From Octopus bimaculoides (taxonomy: Eukaryota), in NCBI RefSeq assembly GCF_001194135.2, contig NC_068998.1, forward strand, positions 20,842,461-20,894,546: DNA of 52,086 nt, written 5' to 3'. Shown one piece after another: positions 1-11,731 of the stretch (its first letter is position 1; every line of letters starts with the position of its first letter). Position numbers and translations under genes: made by a program. Below the pieces are notes generated by a model. That model ran no database searches, was not told where the DNA came from, and saw only the letters and a program-made list of their open reading frames with translations.

Positions 1-39
<39 letters not shown>

Positions 40-163
40 CACTGTACATTTAAACACATCAGAGAGATGTCCATAATAGGACATCTAACCCGCTAGAAGA
101 AGCAGACAAAACTCCAAACCACAATTTCGAAAGGGAATGAAAAATAAAACATTTACCATTTAT

Positions 164-240
164 TTTCCGAACCAATGGTTTCGAGCTATTTTTAGCAAAA
201 TAAAATAATATTTTGCAAGACCAGCTATCATCAGCAGAAA
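164..240 (-). ncRNA. Type I hammerhead ribozyme-like motif of a different repeat family
   Basis: Minus strand TTTCTG-CTGATGA-tAGCT..(GCAAAAT/ATTTTGC hairpin)..AGCTc-GAAA-CCATTGGT-T-CGGAAA. 6-bp stem I, near-palindromic stem III, G10.1 replaced by U; AATAAA follows. Confidence 0.6.
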
Positions 241-654
241 GGCCAAGATTAACATATAAACACGAGACACTACATAGAAACATGACTAGTCTATTGACTA
301 GTTTTTTCTTCTTGCTAGTCCATTGGTAGCAAGCAAAATTTCGGATCTTTCTGATTTGGCGGACACCATTTTGTATTTAGTGTTTATTTAGTGTGTTTTC
401 TACCGAAACACTTTAAAACTTAATATACTTGAATATTTTATCTTATAGAACAGAGAAAAATTTTTATATTTAAAGTTATTTCATGTTAAAAGTTGTCGTA
501 TTTCGGTAATTTCAACCAATCACTGACGTCTATTGAGGTGAAAACAATTACTGCTATGGATTGTCAACAACACGTTGTGACGGTGTTATGGGATCTTTTC
601 CCTTGAATAAAATTAGTGCCGTTGTTTGTCAACAACAACTATCGGTGGTACTGT

Positions 655-967
655 TATTTATGACATCGTTCGTGCGTTTGTACTGGTTTTAGCTTTAGGG
701 TTTTAGGGTTAGGTTTAGGGTTTGGTTTTTAGGGTTAGGGTTAGGGTTAGGGTTAGGGTTAGGGTTAGGGTTATGAGTATTTTTGCCAAATTTGGTGAAA
801 AATTTGTGGTGGTGTATTGAACAGATTTTCATCAAATTTGGCAAAAATACTTATAACCCTAACTCTAACCCTAAAAACCAAACCCTAACCCTAACTCTAA
901 AACCCGAACCCTAACCTTAAAACTCTAAGCTAAAACCAGTACAAATGCATGAACAATATCATAAATA
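655..967. repeat. Long inverted repeat containing interstitial telomeric repeats; (TTAGGG)7 perfect at 729-770
   Basis: Arms 655-807 and 821-967 are reverse complements around a 13-nt loop. Confidence 0.9.
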
Positions 968-1040
968 TGCTGATAGCCACCTTAATTATTTTATATATAT
1001 ATATCAAATATTGACTTTTTTTGTTTGTTTTATTTTGCAG

Positions 1041-1113
1041 ACTAGCCTTCAAAAGGTTTTCCAGAGAATACATGGCTTTCACCCATCCCACCGAAGATAT
1101 CTATCTTGAATGA
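1041..1113 (+). CDS. Candidate terminal coding exon of an unidentified gene (LAFKRFSREYMAFTHPTEDIYLE*)
   Basis: Long pyrimidine tract ending tttgtttgttttattttgcag| at 1040; higher-complexity, protein-like translation ending in TGA at 1111-1113. Family not recognised. Confidence 0.4.
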
Positions 1114-1529
1114 CTAGCATTAACAATTCTGAATGACCAGAACATGCAGCAAGTGCAACAGGTGCAATCAATACAGCAGGATGCAACCATTATGTGCAGC
1201 TATCTAATATCATTGCTGTTGGCTTCACTGACTGCAAATCTCTATGTGATGTTACCTTACCTTATACCCACCATTGTTTCATTCAAAGGACTGTAATGTT
1301 CCAGATGCGTGAATACATGCATACATGCATTCATGTGTTTACTTGTATATATAAAATGTGTGTATTTATCTCCATGTCAGTATGTGTGTGTGTGTGTGTG
1401 TGTGTGTATAAACACACATACATATATACACACACATATACATATATAAATATATTTATACACAAACGCACATACACATGCATATGTATGTATTAAAGTA
1501 TGTGTGTGTGTGTGTGTGTATGTCTATAC

Positions 1530-1590
<61 letters not shown>

Positions 1591-2412
1591 NNNNNNNNNN
1601 NNNNNNNNNNNNNNNNNNNNNNNNNNNNNNNNNNNNNNNNNNNNNNNNNNNNNNNNNNNNNNNNNNNNNNNNNNNNNNNNNNNNNNNNNNNNNNNNNNNN
1701 NNNNNNNNNNNNNNNNNNNNNNNNNNNNNNNNNNNNNNNNNNNNNNNNNNNNNNNNNNNNNNNNNNNNNNNNNNNNNNNNNNNNNNNNNNNNNNNNNNNN
1801 NNNNNNNNNNNNNNNNNNNNNNNNNNNNNNNNNNNNNNNNNNNNNNNNNNNNNNNNNNNNNNNNNNNNNNNNNNNNNNNNNNNNNNNNNNNNNNNNNNNN
1901 NNNNNNNNNNNNNNNNNNNNNNNNNNNNNNNNNNNNNNNNNNNNNNNNNNNNNNNNNNNNNNNNNNNNNNNNNNNNNNNNNNNNNNNNNNNNNNNNNNNN
2001 NNNNNNNNNNNNNNNNNNNNNNNNNNNNNNNNNNNNNNNNNNNNNNNNNNNNNNNNNNNNNNNNNNNNNNNNNNNNNNNNNNNNNNNNNNNNNNNNNNNN
2101 NNNNNNNNNNNNNNNNNNNNNNNNNNNNNNNNNNNNNNNNNNNNNNNNNNNNNNNNNNNNNNNNNNNNNNNNNNNNNNNNNNTATATATATATATATATA
2201 CATATATATACACACACACATTTATATATGTATATATACATAATTGTATGAATGTATAAGTACCTGTAAAATGCATATATTTTCACACGTACATACTTAT
2301 CTTCCTACTGGCCTACCTCCCTATCCATATACATACCCCCTTGTCTCTGTTACCTACCCACCTACCTATGTAATTATTTTTCTGTCCATCTATCCATTAC
2401 GTATATACATAC

Positions 2413-2454
<42 letters not shown>

Positions 2455-2889
2455 ATATATATACACACACACACACACACATATATATATATGTAAGTAT
2501 GTATGTATGTATGTATGTATGTATGTATATATTAATATTTGTGTATATTTTAATCTATACACACACATATATATCAATATAAGTGTACATTATTTGTATA
2601 TGTATATTTAAATGTATATGTGTATTTTTGTATGATTGCATATATGTCTTTTCATATATAAATGCTCACCTATATGTACAGGCTGCATATTGTTATGCAT
2701 TTATATATCTGTTTAAAAATGCCTGTATACATGTGGATATATATATACATGTGTATACATATTTTTCCCAAAGAAATTCATATATTTCTCCATGCCCTAT
2801 AATGGACACCCACCTTTCCACTGCTAATATTTGCCATGAACCTTGTGTTAGTATTTACCATAGACCTATGGTAGCATTTAATACAGTTT

Positions 2890-3630
2890 AAAATAATATT
2901 TACCTGAGACTGAGGGTAATGTTTGTTACAGACTTTATATAGCGTTGATCACATTCTGGGGGCAAAAATATACTATGAGCATCAGGTGATATTAACATGT
3001 ACCTACTGCTAAGATAAGACACACCAAACTGACAGTAGAAGAAAATCTAGAGTAAAAGTTCTAGTATAAGGTAACATCTATAAGAACTTTAAGTGGACAT
3101 TTATCAGTTGGGCAATATATAGCACAGATCTAGGGCAACATTTATCAAATTTCTGGAGTCAGAGTTACCATATTTTAGGGTTGAGGTTAATATTTGTCAC
3201 AACACAGAGATAACATTTTCACAGTTTGTCGGCAATATTTACTTTACAATGTAATATATCTTCAAGCCCCAGGTTAACCATAGCGCAAGAGTAACATGTA
3301 CTACAATATGGAGTAACATTTATCACAGTTCTGATGATAGCATTTACCTCATAATGTAACATTTCTACTGACCCTAGGTTAACCCCATCTGTAGGATAAC
3401 ATTTATCACAAATTGGATGACATCACAGTATGATGGTAATATTTACCTCACAGTGTAACATTTTCCCACACTAAAGCTGTAGGAAAACATTTACCGCACC
3501 CCAAGAGTAGCTTTTACCAGGAGATAACATTTGTCAGAATTTGATGCTAACATTTACCTCACACAAAAGGTTAAATTTGCTCCATACCTAAGGTGAAATT
3601 TGCCACAATCTGAGGTAATATCCATTAATA
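2890..3630. repeat. Cryptic degenerate minisatellite (~20-bp unit GGTAACATTTAYCACA)
   Basis: About 20 or more recognisable taacattt(a/g) anchors, with a higher-order repeat of roughly 100-120 bp. Confidence 0.7.
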
Positions 3631-4660
3631 ATCCATATTAAAAAAATTAACTTTTAACACACCCATTCAGGCACTACACTCAACCTATTGAACACTCAGA
3701 CATCATATTCAATTCATCTAATGCTCAGATACACTGCTCAGCTCATTTAACAATCAAAAACTATAATGAAAGTTAATTCATGTCATACTAAGAACCAAAC
3801 TCATTTCATCCACAATATTCNNNNNNNNNNNNNNNNNNNNNNNNNNNNNNNNNNNNNNNNNNNNNNNNNNNNNNNNNNNNNNNNNNNNNNNNNNNNNNNN
3901 NNNNNNNNNNNNNNNNNNNNNNNNNNNNNNNNNNNNNNNNNNNNNNNNNNNNNNNNNNNNNNNNNNNNNNNNNNNNNNNNNNNNNNNNNNNNNNNNNNNN
4001 NNNNNNNNNNNNNNNNNNNNNNNNNNNNNNNNNNNNNNNNNNNNNNNNNNNNNNNNNNNNNNNNNNNNNNNNNNNNNNNNNNNNNNNNNNNNNNNNNNNN
4101 NNNNNNNNNNNNNNNNNNNNNNNNNNNNNNNNNNNNNNNNNNNNNNNNNNNNNNNNNNNNNNNNNNNNNNNNNNNNNNNNNNNNNNNNNNNNNNNNNNNN
4201 NNNNNNNNNNNNNNNNNNNNNNNNNNNNNNNNNNNNNNNNNNNNNNNNNNNNNNNNNNNNNNNNNNNNNNNNNNNNNNNNNNNNNNNNNNNNNNNNNNNN
4301 NNNNNNNNNNNNNNNNNNNNNNNNNNNNNNNNNNNNNNNNNNNNNNNNNNNNNNNNNNNNNNNNNNNNNNNNNNNNNNNNNNNNNNNNNNNNNNNNNNNN
4401 NNNNNNNNNNNNNNNNNNNNNNNNNNNNNNNNNNNNNNNNNNNNNNNNNNNNNNNNNNNNNNNNNNNNNNNNNNNNNNNNNNNNNNNNNNNNNNNNNNNN
4501 NNNNNNNNNNNNNNNNNNNNNNNNNNNNNNNNNNNNNNNNNNNNNNNNNNNNNNNNNNNNNNNNNNNNNNNNNNNNNNNNNNNNNNNNNNNNNNNNNNNN
4601 NNNNNNNNNNNNNNNNNNNNNNNNNNNNNNNNNNNNNNNNNNNNNNNNNNNNNNNNNNNN

Positions 4661-4697
<37 letters not shown>

Positions 4698-6541
4698 CAT
4701 TGTATTATATGGTGTATATATTAAACTGGAAATTATTTTCTTCATTCTTTTGACCGCTCATCTCTTGTCAGATGAGTACCTTTCGGGATCATTTCGTAAG
4801 GAAGGAGTGTACTTTAGTAATTGTGTGAGAGTGTGTGTAGAGTGTCACAGCATCAAATTGACCAATACCAAGAACAAAAAAGCAAACAAATAAATAAATA
4901 CGTAGAGGCAGGATAAGTAAAGGGAGACAATCCTGATTATAAAATCCAAATGTGAAAAAAAAAAAAAACGAAGAGAAAAACATTTTGAAGTCTTGCTTCA
5001 CGTTGTCATATATAGTTGTTTCATAATATATTCTTCTCTTGGTTTGTCTGCTGTGGGAGGAGAATATAAAAGTCTGAAACACACACAGATAAATAAAGTT
5101 CGCTTTTTTCATGCAGTGAGATAAGGGTAACCTATTAACCTTTTTGTTACCATATTTCTGTTGAAACACACTGTCTTCATTTCAATTAAATTTTGAAAAT
5201 AATGAAGAGTTCAGTAAAAATGGCTTAGTCATTTTTAAGCTGGTGTTTGAGATAGAAATTAACATGAAATTTTGACTGAAGTTTTTAATTTAGATCATTT
5301 TTTTTAAACGGAGTCTGTATCCTAGAACTGGGAGCCAGTTTTGGGCATGTTAGTATGAAAAAGGATTAATAATTAGATGTACTGAGCCAATTTGATTGAA
5401 ATGCCTTGTTCAAAAACACATACACAGTGTTAGTGACAAACCTCATAAACTGTTGTGAGCCTTTGGTCCATTGAATTACTGTCTACTCTATGAACTTGGA
5501 GATCTATTTTTGTTCTTTTTCTTTTTTGTTTTCTCTATTTGAAATTCCATAGAGTATCTTCTGCTGCAGGCCAAAATATACTTTCTGTGCCCACCACCCT
5601 TGAAAATTTAATCAGTACATCCAGTTTTCTTTTTTTTTTTTTAAACTGATTATTAATTAGTATAGACGACCATAAACTAATATTAATTAATATAGATTAA
5701 TATAATTTGGTAGAATTTATCTGATGATGACATCCTTGAAAAAAAAAAAAAAATTACATATAAAAGACATGCTAAGCGGAAATGTTTTATTTCCAAAGAC
5801 GAAAAAAAAATAATTAAAAAAAAGAGAAAGGAAATATGATAATTATAATTCAAACTAGAAACAAGGAAAGATGTCAGGTAATTATTAAAAAAAAAACCCT
5901 TCAAAATATATATATAAAAAAGAAAAAAGAAAATGATGATGATGATGGTGTTGATGATGATGATGATGGTGTTGNNNNNNNNNNNNNNNNNNNNNNNNNN
6001 NNNNNNNNNNNNNNNNNNNNNNNNNNNNNNNNNNNNNNNNNNNNNNNNNNNNNNNNNNNNNNNNNNNNNNNNNNNNNNNNNNNNNNNNNNNNNNNNNNNN
6101 NNNNNNNNNNATATATAAAAAAAAAAAAAGAAAATGATGATGATGATGGTGTTGATGATGATGATGATGGTGTTGATGATATTGGTGATAATGATGATGT
6201 TTATGAAGCCTGATACTCTAGTTAGCTCCATTCTCTTCAGCTGACATAATCAGTGGAGAAACAGAAAAAGAATATCTATTTTGGAGCTATATTGGAGGAT
6301 TTCAGCATATTTTTGTTGTTTTGTTTTATTTAATTGGTTTTCGTTTTTCATTGTTTGTGTTTTGGATAAATTGTCATTTTTTTTTCAAAAAAAAAAAAAA
6401 ATACATTGTTTTTGTTTCTTTGATTTCTGTTTCATAATCTTTGTACTTTTTTTTCCCTTAATTTTTTTATGTCCTCTCATTAATATGCTGAGTTAATTAT
6501 TTTAATTGTTAAAATTGATGATGATTATGAAAATGATAATA

Positions 6542-6572
<31 letters not shown>

Positions 6573-6769
6573 CGATGATGATAATGATGATGATGATGAC
6601 CATGATGCTGTGATGTTATCTATTGCTTGTACTGAAAATATTGTTCTAAAAAAATGTTAACCTTATATGTTACACAGATATACATACTAAAATACATGCA
6701 AGATACATAAATACCTACATACCTGCATACCTGTGTGTGTGTGTGTGTGTGTATGTGTGTGTGTGTATA

Positions 6770-6809
<40 letters not shown>

Positions 6810-6967
6810 GCACATTTTACACACACTCATGTGTATATATATGTATATATATATATATATATATATAATTATATACATACAAAACGTATATACATGCATA
6901 CATACCTGTACATACATACATAACGATGATGATGAAGATGATGATATGTATATATATATATACATAT

Positions 6968-7024
<57 letters not shown>

Positions 7025-10000
7025 ATTGCATACGTGTACCCTATGTTTGGTAGACATACACATGCACATAAAAAACATATATGTATATACATACAATGTA
7101 CTAAAAAAAAACACATACTCATATGCATGTATATATGTGTACATATATAACATATATATATATATGTGTGTATATATATATATATATGTATGTATGTATG
7201 TANNNNNNNNNNNNNNNNNNNNNNNNNNNNNNNNNNNNNNNNNNNNNNNNNNNNNNNNNNNNNNNNNNNNNNNNNNNNNNNNNNNNNNNNNNNNNNNNNN
7301 NNNNNNNNNNNNNNNNNNNNNNNNNNNNNNNNNNNNNNNNNNNNNNNNNNNNNNNNNNNNNNNNNNNNNNNNNNNNNNNNNNNNNNNNNNNNNNNNNNNN
7401 NNNNNNNNNNNNNNNNNNNNNNNNNNNNNNNNNNNNNNNNNNNNNNNNNNNNNNNNNNNNNNNNNNNNNNNNNNNNNNNNNNNNNNNNNNNNNNNNNNNN
7501 NNNNNNNNNNNNNNNNNNNNNNNNNNNNNNNNNNNNNNNNNNNNNNNNNNNNNNNNNNNNNNNNNNNNNNNNNNNNNNNNNNNNNNNNNNNNNNNNNNNN
7601 NNNNNNNNNNNNNNNNNNNNNNNNNNNNNNNNNNNNNNNNNNNNNNNNNNNNNNNNNNNNNNNNNNNNNNNNNNNNNNNNNNNNNNNNNNNNNNNNNNNN
7701 NNNNNNNNNNNNNNNNNNNNNNNNNNNNNNNNNNNNNNNNNNNNNNNNNNNNNNNNNNNNNNNNNNNNNNNNNNNNNNNNNNNNNNNNNNNNNNNNNNNN
7801 NNNNNNNNNNNNNNNNNNNNNNNNNNNNNNNNNNNNNNNNNNNNNNNNNNNNNNNNNNNNNNNNNNNNNNNNNNNNNNNNNNNNNNNNNNNNNNNNNNNN
7901 NNNNNNNNNNNNNNNNNNNNNNNNNNNNNNNNNNNNNNNNNNNNNNNNNNNNNNNNATATATATATATATATAATTGCATACGTGTACCCTATGTTTGGT
8001 AGACATACACATGCACATAAAAAACATATATGTATATACATACAATGTACTAAAAAAAAACACATACTCATATGCATGTATATATGTGTACATATATAAC
8101 ATATATATATATATGTGTGTGTATGTATGTGTGTGCACGTGTGCATATATAAGCTGTTATCTTATAAACTTCATTAGCTTACAGTTGTTTCTGCTATAAG
8201 ATACAGTAGACTCATAGTTGAGTGCCTGAGTAAAGCATTTTGGCATCATTGGAGCCTCGAATATGTAGTGCAATTTATTTGGGAAAAGAATAAATGAAAT
8301 AAAATGTTGCTGTCCAAAGTAGTTGTTTTACAATAAAGAAGCAAAACATTTAACTCATATTATCCTTAATTTCGATTATAAATGATTGAGGAGAAATAAC
8401 AGAAGATTTTTATTTCTACTTTGCCACACTTTTGCGATTATTAAAGGCATCAGGAATATGATTTTAAAAATAAGTTGGCCCAGCATGGCCACAGCCTCAG
8501 GGCTGAAATGAATTAAAAAATAAAAAAAAATAAAATAAAAGAAATTATAGTGCAGTTAATTCAGTGGTAGAGTATTCTGTAGACATGTGAACTCTTAATA
8601 TAATTCTTAGTCAAAATCAGCTTCACATATATAGTCTCAAGCTGGTTCTTTAAATGAAAAACGTAGTCCATCTGACGGGCATCCATACAGTTTCCGTCCG
8701 TTCAATTTCACTCTCAAAACTTGATTTCTCCAAGGTTATAGTAGAAAATACACTTGCCCAAACTTTTGTACAGTGGGGACAAACCTGAGAGCTTATGATT
8801 GCAAAGTTAATTTCTGAACCGTTCGTCTGAATCTACCTTCAGGAATGTTTCCTTCCTTTCAAAACTGCTTTTGTCAAAGTGCTGTTAGTTCCTTAATAAG
8901 TAACTAATTACTTTAGCTTGATTGTTTCATTGTGGTGCTATATTTTTTTCAGAGCGGAAAAGGATATCTTGTGATATTCATATTTTTTTTTCCCACAAGG
9001 ACAGTAGATGAATAAACGAAGGAGGATTTTTAAGAGTAGTAAATCTAAAACAAACTATAAGAGAATAGAAAATAATTTTTAGGTTTATACTGTCTAACAT
9101 GTTTTTTCTTTTTTTTTTTTCTTTTTGAATAAATATTCTTCCCAAGAGGAAACTTGCTTTTAAACATTAGCAAAGTATATATACATTGGCAATTATAATA
9201 ATCTCAAGGGAGATAAACATGAACAATTCTTAGCATCGTTATCCTCAGTCATTTGACTGAACTGTCTCAAACAAAGCTATTTGTAATTGTTATTTATCGA
9301 CTGTGTACCCTAATTACACTTCAATGTTTGTACTTGTTCTTGTGTAAGACATTTATCTTTTGTTCCTTAACAAACATGGGTGACTGGATAAATTGCAGCT
9401 TCATGGTTGTTGTTGTTATTATTGTAGTTTAGTCCGAAGTCATTCCTGCTCATGCTGACTTATAGCATGCTGTAGGCCTACTACACGACTCGGCGCAATC
9501 CATAGATCCTTAGTTTCTTGTATATCATAATCCCGTCAAGTTGAGGACCACATCACACATTTCGATTTACAGTGGTTGACTACATGGCTGTTTCGTCATG
9601 TTGAATTGTCTCCCCTGCTCAGTTTGTTACTGAGAAGACCTATGTCACCGACGGCATACCAACTATGACAATCCTATTTTCTTAGAGGCATCCAGAACTA
9701 CCATTATGAAATGTGTGTATTTGAGGGAGAATTTGATGCAGTAAGAATCTCTCGTTTGTACGCCTGTATCAATGTAAAAAATAAAAATCCTGTGCTGTTC
9801 ACAACGGTGGCGGGCAAAGATGAAACATTAGGGTCTATGTGATAGGTGACTCCAACATTGTTTACGTGACATTGTATTCTCTGGAAAGATGATTAACTCT
9901 ATTTTCCTTAATTGATCATAACATTTCATACTTTAAGTTCTGAAGTTCAAAAAGAAAATTATATAAATAAATAAACATTTTTTTTTTAATTTGACACAAT

Positions 10001-10050
10001 TGATGAATTGAATCAGTTACTTGACCGTTGAAGATGAGAAATAACGAACA

Positions 10051-10080
10051 ATGGGCTACGAGTCATGTCGACTACAGCGG
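10051..10080 (+). CDS. Candidate initial coding exon (MGYESCRLQR), speculative
   Basis: ATG in strong context (acaATGG) followed 30 nt later by CGG|GTGAGT, in a locally CpG-retaining region. No homology evidence. Confidence 0.2.
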
Positions 10081-10384
10081 GTGAGTAAAGATGGGAGTTG
10101 TGACAGTAGCCAGTCCATTTATGTGAAACAGTTACAGTTGTGAACTGATATATTCATACACAAGAGGGCGTATAAATATATATACAGTCTGACTCGCATA
10201 CACATGCACTGCAGTAGTCAACAGATACGCACACACTAAGAGATATAGATTGCCACAAAGTATACTCACACACGCAAATTGCATCCACGCATAAATACTA
10301 TGCAGATCTGTTTGTCTGTCTCTGTTTCTCTTTCACACACCCACACCATCAAGAACACAGATATAAATACTTTACAACGATTAC

Positions 10385-11235
10385 TACACATTATTTACAA
10401 TAGACGGATAGATGTCTTCACCTTGTTTGTTGTTACCACAACTGGGGTACTCTCCAGCCTTCATCAGGTGTTCTGGTGGAATTTCGAACCCAACCTTTTA
10501 TTTTACTAATAGGGTACTCTGTTCTCATTCCTAAGGTATTCTTTTTTGTTGATATTATTTCCCAAGTCCCTGCTTGGGATTGAACTCAGAATCCGAGGGC
10601 TAGTAGCCCGCACTCTTATCTACTTCACCTTTATATAACCTACCGCAACTGCAGTAGGTTATGCAAAGCCGAAACATGTTGCCCTCTTAAAATAAGGGTA
10701 GAGGAACATCGTAAAGCTGTGACATGAGGGAATGTCGAAAAATCAGGTATAGCCGATCATGTATCGAAAAACAGAGACCATCTCCCTTTGTGGGATGAAG
10801 TTAAAATAATAGACGGAGAACATCACTGGAAAATACGAAAACTAAGAGGCATATGTTAGGACAAGATAACCTCCTAAGCAGGCCTAGTGCAGATATGAAT
10901 GTAATATGAGAACTGGTATAAAGAAAAGATATTAAATTTATAAGCCCAAATATTCACTCTATAATTGCCCACGGGCATATTGCCTTGTGGATAAGAGCGT
11001 GGCTACTAACCCTCGGATTCTGAGTTCCGAGTTAACAAAAAATAACATCAGCAAGAATACCTTAGGAATAAGAACAGAGTACCCCATTAGGGTCGGGTTC
11101 GAAATTCCACCAGAACACCTGATGAAGGCTGGAGAGTACATCAATCGAAACGTTGTGGCAACAACAAACAAAGGGAGGATACCTATCCGTCTATTGTAAA
11201 TAATGTACATAATTCCTCATTTCAAAAATGTGGAA
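10385..11235 (+). mobile_element. 5'-truncated Penelope-like element: inverted pLTR (10385-10630), GIY-YIG endonuclease remnant (10635-10920), pLTR (10965-11235)
   Basis: 10635 onward translates ..CKAETCCPLKIRVEEHRKAVT*GNVEKSGIADHVSKNRDHLPLWDEVKIIDGEHHWKIRKL.., the GET.R.LK.R..EH / H...W..V.I.D.E pattern of PLE GIY-YIG domains. It is flanked by ~240-bp inverted copies of the same terminal repeat, the typical PLE arrangement. Confidence 0.8.
11114..11159 (+). ncRNA. Degenerate minimal type I hammerhead ribozyme in the PLE pLTR
   Basis: AACAC-CTGATGA-aGGCTG..CAATC-GAAA-CG-TT-GTGGC: conserved core, palindromic ACGT stem III, stems I and II partly mismatched in this copy. Confidence 0.6.
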
Positions 11236-11700
11236 TAGATTACTACACACATACAAACACATACGGACTCCTCTCTGGCATACATTGATATGTAAAAGAA
11301 AGAATTTGTTGTGTTGTGAGATATGTGAGTGTTTCTCTGTGCTAATATTGCACAGTGGACAGGATGAACACTAAAACTGAAGAAGGAACATAAAACTAAT
11401 TCCTTTGAACACCACAGTTTCTAAATGAAATGCGACAAATCAAAAACAACAAATGGCATATTAAATTAAAAAAAAAAAACTGTATAAATATTATATTGGG
11501 CAAAGGGAGTCAATCAGAATTTAAAGATAAAAATGACTTGTATTCAGTTGTTCCCCTTTACAACCTGAGATTGAATTCTGTCACAATCTGTTTTTATCTA
11601 TCCTTGATCGCCAAAATAAAATACAGGTCAATTACAAGAGGGGTTTTAAATCATTTTGCTTATATCAAAAATCAATACTGTCATACTCGTGAAAGAGCTG

Positions 11701-11731
<31 letters not shown>

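Noticed and set aside
729-770. True chromosome end
   Set aside because: Only seven perfect units, embedded in an inverted repeat with non-telomeric sequence on both sides; it is interstitial.
7022-8130. ~150-bp direct repeat flanking the gap (7022-7170 vs 7958-8115)
   Set aside because: Identical sequence on both sides of an N-run indicates an unmerged contig overlap. The same pattern occurs at 5900-6180, 37643-37768 and 51086-51600.
1456-8199. Many long ORFs of 200-425 aa
   Set aside because: They consist of N-gaps (X) and (TA)n/(CA)n translations ([12 protein letters not shown]); not genes. The same applies to similar ORFs at 11430-12005, 17193-17720, 20988-21621, 29439-30020, 34045-34785 and 51000-51761.
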